A DNA stretch of 64,000 nt from a bacterium (lineage in GTDB: Bacteria; Margulisbacteria; Marinamargulisbacteria; JAHFDA01): the NCBI GenBank assembly GCA_023249225.1, contig JAHFDA010000005.1:7995-71994 (forward strand), in the 5' to 3' direction. Shown in pieces: positions 27,045 through 35,449 of this stretch. A program made the position numbers and the translations under genes. The notes under the pieces were generated by a model that was not told where the DNA came from, did not search any database, and saw only the letters and a list, made by a program, of their open reading frames with translations. Each line of letters begins with the position of its first letter. Position 1 is the first letter of the stretch.

Positions 27045-27437
27045 TTAAGAGGTGAGCTCGTGTTTATCGCCCACAGCTGTATGATCACCTGCGGTATTAA
27101 CCAAGGTAATACGGTTTGTGGCTGAAATCGTCCAAGCCGTAGCCGCTGTAGCATTACACACAGCAGGCACAGAGGTAGCACCCTGTGAATTTGGCCAGTA
27201 TTTAACCGCCACGGCCGCGCCACCCCAACCAGCGGTGGTCATGGCCGTAGGATAACTTCCATTGTCGGCATAAAAGTTTTCAATTTGTTTGTCGATATTA
27301 TTGCGATCATACTTATGTGAATTAGCCTTGGAATTGGCTGTGCTGGCGGTAAACCTGGGCAATACCACCGCCGCCAAAATACCCAGGATGGTCACCACGA
27401 TTAACATTTCAATCAGCGTAAACCCTTTTTTATTCAT
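27045..27437 (-). CDS. Type IV pilin, paralogue 3 (first gene of the tandem array)
   Basis: MNKKG|FTLIEMLIVVTILGILAAVV. 130 aa. AAGGAG RBS upstream. Confidence 0.85.
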   Translation of the reverse strand: MNKKGFTLIEMLIVVTILGILAAVVLPRFTASTANSKANSHKYDRNNIDKQIENFYADNGSYPTAMTTAGWGGAAVAVKYWPNSQGATSVPAVCNATAATAWTISATNRITLVNTAGDHTAVGDKHELTS

Positions 27438-27706
27438 AACTCTTCTCCTTTATTTTTTTTATTTCCTTTAAGCCCTTTATCGGATCTATGGTTTTAAAAC
27501 TTGCATTCAGAATTTTTCTTTTTTAATAATACCCAATATTTAAGCGGTTTAAACATGAAAATTTATGGGCTTTGTAAATTTTATGGCGTGCGTAATTATG
27601 CTTAAAAACTACCACTCCGCCTTTCAGGCACCCTTAAGCCAGCTCCCTCTCTCCGTAATCCAACAAACCGCAGAGTTGTAACACCTTTTCATATGCGTGA
27701 ATAATC

Positions 27707-27915
27707 GTAACTATTCAGCCTTACCGTTGTTCGTAATCCCAGTGGCAGGGCCACTGGGCGCTGGACAGAGGGCATTCCACTTTTAAGCCCAGGCAAGGCC
27801 TGGGGGTTTCAGAACACGCAGGCCCTGCCTGCATGCCTGGAAAAAAAGTGCACATGTCCAGCTCGCATGCGGCCCCTGCCGCTGTGCCTGGTATGTGGCA
27901 AAGCTGAATAGTTAC
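27707..27915. mobile_element. MITE-like element copy 2 (~209 bp), inserted into a family-1 REP-like repeat with 8-bp target-site duplication
   Basis: Same 13 bp TIRs as copy 1. Flanked by GAATAATC (27699-27706) and GAATAATC (27916-23). The flanks reconstitute the REP-like terminus ...CATATGCGTGAATAATCCAGG. Confidence 0.7.
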
Positions 27916-27927
27916 GAATAATCCAGG

Positions 27928-28737
27928 TCAAGTAATGTCTTTTTTCGCCAAAATCATTAAAAATACCATCAAAACCACCAAAACATAGCTTACCCCATAC
28001 AGACAAACCAGAGCCATTTCAGAAGATGAGGCCGACACCTGATAGGCGGTGTCACTTAAAAAATTAAGCGTGCTGAAGTCTGGCAAAAGGTGGTAAACAC
28101 CAATTAACACGGGCTGTATCCATGTCTGCGCATCCTCTGCGAGCTGTCTAAAATCATGGCTCAAGGCACCCAGGCCCCACAAACCAAAGGAACTGAATAA
28201 GATTAAAAACTCCGATTCCATCACAAAACATAAAATCATCACCCCCACGGCCTGCATGCAGGCGGCCAGGGCAAAGGCCAGGCTGGCCCACACCACCAGG
28301 GGTATCCAGGCTTGCAAATTTCCGTGGGCGTGCTCAAGTTGGTGATGTATAAAAAAACCAAGTGTCACAAGCAAAATTCCGCAAAACAATATGGCCGATT
28401 CAAAAATAGTGGCCGCAATACCTAGAAACTTTCCAAGTACGTAGCTATGCCTTGGCAAGGGCATTGAAAGCAAGACTGGCAGGGTCTTTTGTTTTTTGTC
28501 GTTGATAATGGTCTGAAAAGTAAAAAAGATGGCAATGATAAATAAACCCATGCTAAGCGTACTTAAGCCGCCATCGATCAGTAGCTTGTAATAAGTGGCA
28601 ATATCGCTGCTGTGGATGTATTCAGACAGCGCATACGTTAAGGTCACCATCACAAAGGCAAAAAATGCAGTCAGCCACAGGACTTTTCCGCGCCAGGCTT
28701 CTAGCAGGGTCATGCGGGCAATAGATAAAATATTCAT
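27928..28737 (-). CDS. ABC-2 type transporter permease
   Basis: Polytopic membrane protein of 6 TM helices. Its ATG overlaps the stop of the ABC ATPase gene (ATGA). Start taken at internal Met 20. Confidence 0.7.
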   Translation of the reverse strand: MNILSIARMTLLEAWRGKVLWLTAFFAFVMVTLTYALSEYIHSSDIATYYKLLIDGGLSTLSMGLFIIAIFFTFQTIINDKKQKTLPVLLSMPLPRHSYVLGKFLGIAATIFESAILFCGILLVTLGFFIHHQLEHAHGNLQAWIPLVVWASLAFALAACMQAVGVMILCFVMESEFLILFSSFGLWGLGALSHDFRQLAEDAQTWIQPVLIGVYHLLPDFSTLNFLSDTAYQVSASSSEMALVCLYGVSYVLVVLMVFLMILAKKDIT

Positions 28738-29474
28738 GTTCTTAACTTGCCAATATACCAGTCTTCGAGACTGCCGCCTTGCGTGGGATTCCAATAATCT
28801 ACAGTCTTGCCAAGATTAAGCAGATGCACGGCATGGGCTAGTTGCTGCACGTCTGACAGTATGTGTGAGCAGATAAACATGCTGGTGCCGCCACCCTGAA
28901 GCTCTTTAAGCACATCAATAATGTCACGTCGGCTTAGCGGGTCGAGGCCCGAAAAAGGTTCGTCCAAAATCAATAGACCCGGATTTTGAATTAAGGCAAT
29001 GGTCAGGGCCAGTTTCTGACGCATGCCCTTGCTATAGGTCGAGACGGCATTCTTCTGCCGGGGTTCATCCAGGTGCATTCTCCGTAACCAGTGATTACTG
29101 CGTTCGCGAATTGCCTCTGCAGCAAGACCTTTAAGTCGGCCAAAATACAAAATATTTTCGTCGCCGCTGGCCCAGGGATACAAGGCGGGAGTCTCGGGCA
29201 CGTAGGCCACTCTCTGACGCGCCTTGGGAATACCCGGGTTTTCTCCGTATAAAGTAATTTTTCCCTTATCTGGACGCATTAAGCCGAGCAAGAGCCTGAT
29301 CAGCGAGGTTTTACCGGCACCATTTGGACCGACCAAAACATAAGTTTGTCCATCCGAAACGGTAAAACTAATATTGTCCACCGCCCGCACAGTTTGGCGG
29401 GCGTTTAATCCGGTGACGTATGTCTTGCAGAGTTGTTCAACGCTAATGGGTGTCATGGCTGTTTTCAAAAGCAA
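28734..29474 (-). CDS. ABC transporter ATP-binding protein
   Basis: Walker A GPNGAGKTSL. ABC signature and Walker B LILDEPFSGLD. H-loop. Confidence 0.85.
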   Translation of the reverse strand: MLLKTAMTPISVEQLCKTYVTGLNARQTVRAVDNISFTVSDGQTYVLVGPNGAGKTSLIRLLLGLMRPDKGKITLYGENPGIPKARQRVAYVPETPALYPWASGDENILYFGRLKGLAAEAIRERSNHWLRRMHLDEPRQKNAVSTYSKGMRQKLALTIALIQNPGLLILDEPFSGLDPLSRRDIIDVLKELQGGGTSMFICSHILSDVQQLAHAVHLLNLGKTVDYWNPTQGGSLEDWYIGKLRT

Positions 29475-30285
29475 ATTTATTTTTATTATAGCGGTAAGGA
29501 TAGCCCCATGGGTCTTCGGGAAGCTGATTCAGCAGTTGCGCTTTAATCAACTCATCAACCGACTCGGGTATCTGTTTGTGGATATCATAAAATAGATGCA
29601 ATTTTGAGTTGAGCGCAAGTAAAAATATCTGGTTCATGTAGTGCTTTAGGCCTTTTTGAAGCTGCTCTTTTAAGGCTTTATCCTGGGTTTGTTCGGCAAA
29701 TTCAAATAGCAGCTTCCAGGCTTCTTCGGGCTTGCCCTGGGCCGCTGTAAAACGAATGGCCATGCTTTTAAGCATGGTCTTGGTGGCCGGATAGGGGCAC
29801 AGTTCCCAGGCACGATTATAGTAATCGCTGGCACTGGCATAATCTGCCAAAAAATAATAAGCGTTAAAGGCCCGCCACAAAGGAAACAGGTAGTTTTCAG
29901 GCAAATTTTGCATCCCTTTTTCAAGCAGGGCATTGCTTAGGTCGTAACGGTGGGCCTCCCAGGCCAGCAATATTCCGCCAGTTTCGTAGGGATACGTAAA
30001 CCGGGGGTCAATGGTGGTGCTTTGCTGGCAAGCCTGATAAAAGTATTCCCAGTCTTTTTCGTTACGCAGCTGGCGGGCAAAGCCCTTTAAAAAGGCCACA
30101 TCCGCCAGGATATTGCGGTATCCCATAGACAACTTGTTTAAAAACTCTCCCGGCCATACGGCGGGATAAAGTTTGGGCTTTAAGAGCTGCTGCTGGTAAA
30201 GCTGCCCATGGAATGATCCGCACCCCAGCGCCAGCAAACCAATCAGCAGTCCACCTTTAATTTGACGCAGAAAATACTTTTCCAT
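29443..30285 (-). CDS. Hypothetical lipoprotein (lipobox LALGC), helical/TPR-like
   Basis: N-terminal MEKYFLRQIKGGLLIGLLALGC|GSF. No recognisable family. Overlaps the ABC ATPase gene. Confidence 0.45.
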   Translation of the reverse strand: MEKYFLRQIKGGLLIGLLALGCGSFHGQLYQQQLLKPKLYPAVWPGEFLNKLSMGYRNILADVAFLKGFARQLRNEKDWEYFYQACQQSTTIDPRFTYPYETGGILLAWEAHRYDLSNALLEKGMQNLPENYLFPLWRAFNAYYFLADYASASDYYNRAWELCPYPATKTMLKSMAIRFTAAQGKPEEAWKLLFEFAEQTQDKALKEQLQKGLKHYMNQIFLLALNSKLHLFYDIHKQIPESVDELIKAQLLNQLPEDPWGYPYRYNKNKFAFENSHDTH

Positions 30286-30438
30286 CTGCCCATTTTATTT
30301 TAGAGGATCTTCGCGTATTTGTGTGGGTAAATTAAGCCGTTCCATGTTGTTTAGACTCTGGAAATTCCCGAGTAGCATCCTGATTTGATCTTTCTAAAAA
30401 CTGGGGTTAGGGGGTTCGGGTAAATAACCTAACCCATT

Positions 30439-32292
30439 CTAGATGTTAATAATCTGCGGCGTAATGGTAATAATCAACTCGCGCTCGTCTTTGTCTTCAA
30501 CCGTGCTGGCAAAAAAACTGCCGATGACCGGCAATTGCCCAAGTAAGGGCAGCCCTGTTTTAGTGACCGTATCGGTGGAACTTAACAGACCGCCGATGAC
30601 CGCTGTTTCACCGTCGTTGATCCGTAACGTGGTTGAGGCCTCGCGGGTCTGTACTTGTGGAATGTTGCTGATATAACCCGAAATAAAACTGACTTCGGTC
30701 GAGATTTGCACGGTGATACTGCTGTCAACCGGATTGATCAGCGGTGTCATCTTAAGGCGTACGCCCACCTCGACGGTTTCTACCTCACTGGTGGTGCCGC
30801 CTGAAGCCGAAGTGCTGGTGTTGACATAGGGCACCTCATCGCCAATAAAGATACTGGCTTCTTTGTTGTTTAAGGCCGACAGGCGTGGGGTGGCCAGCAC
30901 ATGGGCGTTGGCTTGTTCAAAAGTTGCATCTAAATTGGCTGCCAAACCAATGTTGCTTAAGGTAGCCTCGTGAATGGGTGCCTGCAAAGGCACGGTGTAG
31001 GTGGTTTTAAGGCCCGAGGTGTCAATTTTAAGACCCAGTTTGTCTAGTTTGCTACGGCTGATTTCGGCCACTTTGACTTCGATAATCACTTGTTGGGGCT
31101 TGCTGCGGTCAATTTGTTCCAGAATACTTTCGAGGCGCTCAAAGGTGCTTTGCATGGCTTTGATAATCAGCATGTTTTCATCGGCCGATTCCTGGATGGA
31201 TTCGCCCTGGTCGGAGGAAATAAAATTTTTAAGGATGTTCATGGCATCGGCAGATTTGACGTTTTTAAGCTGATAGACCTGAATGAGCAGCGTTTTAAAA
31301 GATGCTAAGTTGGCCCGTGGGGCAATAAAAATGGTGTTTCCAATGCGCTCATAATCATATCCGTTGGCTTTTAGAATAAGATCCAGGGCCTTGTCGAGCT
31401 CAACATCTTTTAAATGGATGGTGATATGCCCCACCATGCTTTTGTCGCCAATAAAATTTAACCCGGTTTTTTCGGTCATAATGGGGATAATGTCTTGAAT
31501 GTCAGTGTCGATCACATTCAGCGAAATATATTTTTTTCCAAGATCTTCCTGACCGGGAGCAATGGTGCTGTAGGTAAGTGTGCGCAGCGCCTCGGTAAAG
31601 GTTCCATCGGCTTTGTATGCCGTGACATGCACAGTATTTTCACCAAGCACCAGCGGTACCTTGGTCGAAAAACGCCCACCATCTCCAATTTCGACGGGAT
31701 TGTTATTGACCTCAACCCGTGTGGCTCCCTTGGCCAGACCTTTGACCAAGACCTTGCTTTTTGACGTGGTAAACGCATGCGGAGGTTCTAAAATGGTCAG
31801 CTCGGGGTTCTGGACCTCGTTGTCTCCTGCTTCTTTGGTCAATCGCTTAACACTGCGGATCACGCTATCCTTTTCACCATTTTTACGCAGGGCATCGATC
31901 TGGATCATAAAGAGTCCGGGTTTAGGTAATGGCACCCTGGTCTCAAACTCACCTGCGTTGCCAATGGGTACTTCTTGCCCATTCACTTGGAGCCGTTCCG
32001 CGCTGCGCACGATTCCTCGCACCATCACGAATGATTCATACGTGGTGGTGGAATCACCTGGCGTCATCAGTTCGATGGACGGACTTTGTCCGGGTACAGA
32101 CGGTTGATCAAGTTGAACATTAATTTCCTTGGCCAGGATTGTCACAGGCATTGTGATCAAGCCAGCAATAACCATCCCTGCCAGTGCCCGCTGCCCAAGT
32201 TTTTTCACAATAAGAGTACTTAACCTCTTAACCACGCTTGTTCCACCCTTCGCCCCGCGCCTTACCATGATTATTCCACACCCACCCCACAA
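30439..32292 (-). CDS. Secretin (PilQ/GspD family outer-membrane channel)
   Basis: C-terminal secretin domain VLATPRLSALNNKEASIFIGDEVPY...GVRLKMTPLI...GETAVIGGL...LPLLGQLPVIGSFF...ITITPQII. Confidence 0.85.
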   Translation of the reverse strand: MWGGCGIIMVRRGAKGGTSVVKRLSTLIVKKLGQRALAGMVIAGLITMPVTILAKEINVQLDQPSVPGQSPSIELMTPGDSTTTYESFVMVRGIVRSAERLQVNGQEVPIGNAGEFETRVPLPKPGLFMIQIDALRKNGEKDSVIRSVKRLTKEAGDNEVQNPELTILEPPHAFTTSKSKVLVKGLAKGATRVEVNNNPVEIGDGGRFSTKVPLVLGENTVHVTAYKADGTFTEALRTLTYSTIAPGQEDLGKKYISLNVIDTDIQDIIPIMTEKTGLNFIGDKSMVGHITIHLKDVELDKALDLILKANGYDYERIGNTIFIAPRANLASFKTLLIQVYQLKNVKSADAMNILKNFISSDQGESIQESADENMLIIKAMQSTFERLESILEQIDRSKPQQVIIEVKVAEISRSKLDKLGLKIDTSGLKTTYTVPLQAPIHEATLSNIGLAANLDATFEQANAHVLATPRLSALNNKEASIFIGDEVPYVNTSTSASGGTTSEVETVEVGVRLKMTPLINPVDSSITVQISTEVSFISGYISNIPQVQTREASTTLRINDGETAVIGGLLSSTDTVTKTGLPLLGQLPVIGSFFASTVEDKDERELIITITPQIINI

Positions 32293-32294
32293 AG

Positions 32295-32780
32295 TTATAT
32301 CTCCTTCATCTCCCCTACCTTAATAAACACCTTCTTGTAACTGCGCCTAACCTCGACTCCTAACGGATTGATATCCACCACTTCCATGTCAAAAATCTGC
32401 TGGCCTTTAGACACTCGAAATATGGTTTCTTCAACAGCAATAATGGCTTTAGGCAGATCGACAATCACCACGCCTTTCACTGTCAGATGGTAGGTCTGCT
32501 GAAATACATTAGCTGTAGACATGTCAGACGCCTCAAAAGGTTTAAACAGTTCGCGGTCGCTGGGCGTGAATAAATTTTTCCAATCCTCAACGATATCTTT
32601 AGAAGGCAACGCTGCAACCGGTGGCGACACCTTGCTTAGGTTAATATTCTGCTGTAGTTCATTTAATTTTTGTTTAATCTGGCTGGACACATCCTTTTGG
32701 GTCTTTTTTTTAAGCAAATCGCATCCCGACAGGGCCAGGGCCACTGCCATAAGTAAAATGCCATAGCGTTTAAATGGCAT
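32295..32780 (-). CDS. PilP-like pilus assembly lipoprotein (lipobox ALSGC)
   Basis: 161 aa lipoprotein immediately upstream of the secretin, as PilP is in pilMNOPQ operons. Confidence 0.45.
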   Translation of the reverse strand: MPFKRYGILLMAVALALSGCDLLKKKTQKDVSSQIKQKLNELQQNINLSKVSPPVAALPSKDIVEDWKNLFTPSDRELFKPFEASDMSTANVFQQTYHLTVKGVVIVDLPKAIIAVEETIFRVSKGQQIFDMEVVDINPLGVEVRRSYKKVFIKVGEMKEI

Positions 32781-33405
32781 AAAATAACACCAGTGTCACC
32801 ATCAGCATTTGCTTGCTGTCTTTGGCAGGATCAATGCTAAGGTCTTTGTAACTTACCCGTTGTGGCAGCGCCTTTATTTTTGCAAATAAAGTGGCAATTT
32901 GTTTTGTGCTTCCCAGCAGACGCACGTCTAAGAACATTTGGTACAAGGCGTCATTGACCTGCTGCTGTGGCTTGCGCTGGATGGTATCTACCCGGCAGCC
33001 GCTATCCTGAATAAGTTGTGGAAGCACCTGATTGCTGAATTTTAAAGCCTCGGCTGGCGAAAATAACAGGGTTTGTACTTGAACCAGGCGCTCGGAGAGT
33101 TCCTTTCGTTTTTTTTCGGCTGCCCGCTTGCGTCGCTGCAAAATCTCCAGTTCCTGTTCCTGTGCGTGATACTGCGCCTTGGCCTGTTGCAGCTTTTGAT
33201 ACTGGTTGTAAAAGTTAAATTGAAACGTTAAAAAACAGAGCAATAAAGCCACACCCGCATACACCACACTCTGGTTCTTTTGAAACCATAAAGCACCCGG
33301 ATGGTCCAGGACAGGCAAAGTCATTAGTTTTTTTTCAAATTGATTCCATAATCTAAAAAAGAGTTTTTGAAATTTATGCATTTTACAGGGTCGCCTGTAG
33401 CACAA
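32770..33405 (-). CDS. PilO-like bitopic inner-membrane pilus assembly protein (start possibly internal)
   Basis: Single TM VVYAGVALLLCFLTF followed by a coiled-coil and periplasmic domain. Position between the PilM/N fusion and PilP-like gene. Confidence 0.45.
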   Translation of the reverse strand: MCYRRPCKMHKFQKLFFRLWNQFEKKLMTLPVLDHPGALWFQKNQSVVYAGVALLLCFLTFQFNFYNQYQKLQQAKAQYHAQEQELEILQRRKRAAEKKRKELSERLVQVQTLLFSPAEALKFSNQVLPQLIQDSGCRVDTIQRKPQQQVNDALYQMFLDVRLLGSTKQIATLFAKIKALPQRVSYKDLSIDPAKDSKQMLMVTLVLFYAI

Positions 33406-34843
33406 ACTTGGTTTGATAACTGGTCTCGGTGATAATATTTTCCACTGACCTGATTTCCACCCGCGAAAGGTAATGGTTTACCTGATCCACCAGCATGTTG
33501 ACAGACGATTCTAGAATGCATCGTCCGTGTAGCTCCAGGGTATCGGGCGGGATATATTTAATCTGGGTCAGCCAACTGTCCTCGGGCATCACAGACTGCA
33601 GCATGGCGATGATCACGTCCAGATCGGGAACCTTGGTTTCGACTTCCTGGTAGAGTTTTAGCTTGGTTTCAATATCAGCATAGTTGACTTCCATTTCTTG
33701 AGACAGGGCAATCAAACGGCGATAACGGCCCTCCCATTCCAAAATATGCCATTTAAAGAAACTGAAAGAAGCCACATTAAGCGCAATGATGGCTAGCACG
33801 GCAGCCGCCAAGATACCCACGGATTGTGGATTAAAAAAATATTTGCGGCGCAGCAGGCTGTCGAAGATGGTAGGGTGCGACAGCTCTTTATTAAGCCGTG
33901 CCCCTTCAACCAGGGCCGCTAACGCGGCCATCCACACCTGTGGATGGGGCACCGGACCTTCTGGGATGGAGGTAAAAAGGTGCAGCGGCTCGAGCGAATT
34001 GACCTGGCTGGCCTTGCATACCTCGGCCATACGCTCGGCCAAGGGTTTAAAATGGCCGTTCCAGGCAAACACAGAAACCTGTCCAATCGACACCCCGCCC
34101 GCATACTTGGCCTGCAAAGCTAAAAAAAGGCTTTTAAGGCGTTTAAGCACTTCGGCCTGTTCGTCATCCCATTGGCGCAACGCGGCTTCGGTCTGCTGTA
34201 CCCGATGCAGTTCAATTAAACGGTGGCCGCAGAAAATTGAGAATTCGCTGTATTTTTCACCCACATACAGCCCCATCTGATAGACATCGGGCGAAGCATC
34301 GGCATCAATTAAAAACGCCATGCAGCCGATTTGATCTACGCTGCTTAGGCCGCCGATGCGCAGCGCCGTATATTCCAGCGTAGACTGCCAGGCCTGAAAG
34401 GTTGCCTCGGGCACGTTTAGGTAATACACCGGGATTTTTTGAAATAAATCTCCGCTGCCACCAGGGGGCGGTTGAAAATAAACGATCTGTGGAAGGGCGG
34501 TTTCGGGCGATGCGCTGCTGGAATCCTGCTCACCCACCTTATTCACCAGGATTTCGTGAATCTCGGCGTTGTTTAGCCCATGCAGATCCATTACATTGTG
34601 TCCGATGATGCCCTCGGCAATCGTCACATGCACCGAACGTGCTTGTGGGTACTCTGACAGGATGTTGTTTAAAAAGGGGCCCAACACCCCAGCATTGGGA
34701 AAGCCTTCGGCGGCAAAACTGTCCGATGGCAAGGCCTGGTGGGCCCAGGAAATGACCTTACGTTCGAGATAATCTATCAGTACCAGTGCCACCCCATCCG
34801 CATGGAGGGTAATTCCCAAACACAGATCCCCCCGGCTGGCCAT
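33383..34843 (-). CDS. PilM-PilN fusion (actin-like ATPase-fold PilM domain plus C-terminal bitopic PilN-like region)
   Basis: 486 aa. The N-terminal about 330 aa are cytoplasmic PilM-like. TM ILAAAVLAIIALNVASFSFF near residue 345. A coiled-coil tail follows. Confidence 0.55.
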   Translation of the reverse strand: MASRGDLCLGITLHADGVALVLIDYLERKVISWAHQALPSDSFAAEGFPNAGVLGPFLNNILSEYPQARSVHVTIAEGIIGHNVMDLHGLNNAEIHEILVNKVGEQDSSSASPETALPQIVYFQPPPGGSGDLFQKIPVYYLNVPEATFQAWQSTLEYTALRIGGLSSVDQIGCMAFLIDADASPDVYQMGLYVGEKYSEFSIFCGHRLIELHRVQQTEAALRQWDDEQAEVLKRLKSLFLALQAKYAGGVSIGQVSVFAWNGHFKPLAERMAEVCKASQVNSLEPLHLFTSIPEGPVPHPQVWMAALAALVEGARLNKELSHPTIFDSLLRRKYFFNPQSVGILAAAVLAIIALNVASFSFFKWHILEWEGRYRRLIALSQEMEVNYADIETKLKLYQEVETKVPDLDVIIAMLQSVMPEDSWLTQIKYIPPDTLELHGRCILESSVNMLVDQVNHYLSRVEIRSVENIITETSYQTKFVLQATL

Positions 34844-34867
34844 AGCTATATCGTATAACGGAAAGTC

Positions 34868-35440
34868 TTAGATGTGTTTAATCTTGAGAAAACGTTTCAG
34901 CTCGCTGGATTCCACAAAAAAAGAAATCTTTCCGTCGGAGTTAGACTTTAAAAACCGTTTGTATTTTTGCACCACGACAGTCTGGGTGCCCTTGGTCACG
35001 AGGCCGAAACCACGGATATCGTATTTAGAAACGTCATAAGGATAAATGTTAACCCCATAGATAGATTCATCTGCTTGATAATAATTGGCATTGACCTTGC
35101 GGTAGAAAATATAAACCGCAGCGGGATCCACTTGAGTCAAGTCTATGGAAAGTTCTACATTGGTCAAAGCAATCGGTGGATCGCCATTGGCGTACACATT
35201 CCAGGTGGTGGTCTTGCTGGGCCCTATCGGATCCGGAATGTTGTCGGTCAGCTGCAGGTGAGCCACCATTTCCTCTATAGCCGAATCGGCCAGAATATCG
35301 GCCTGCAACGTCAGGCGGTCGTTGCGTGCGGCACGTAGGCTCATCTGCATGGAATACAAGAGCCCCCCCGCCCCCAAGGCAGCAATCATGGCCCCAATCA
35401 GCACCGCCAGAAACACGCTCCCGCGCTTATTTTTGATCAC
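34868..35440 (-). CDS. PilX-like minor pilin (PilX_N-type N-terminal helix)
   Basis: MIKNKRGSVFLAVLIGAMIAALGAGGLLYSMQ resembles the PilX N-terminal domain. 190 aa. Confidence 0.5.
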   Translation of the reverse strand: MIKNKRGSVFLAVLIGAMIAALGAGGLLYSMQMSLRAARNDRLTLQADILADSAIEEMVAHLQLTDNIPDPIGPSKTTTWNVYANGDPPIALTNVELSIDLTQVDPAAVYIFYRKVNANYYQADESIYGVNIYPYDVSKYDIRGFGLVTKGTQTVVVQKYKRFLKSNSDGKISFFVESSELKRFLKIKHI

Positions 35441-35449
35441 ATTTATATC

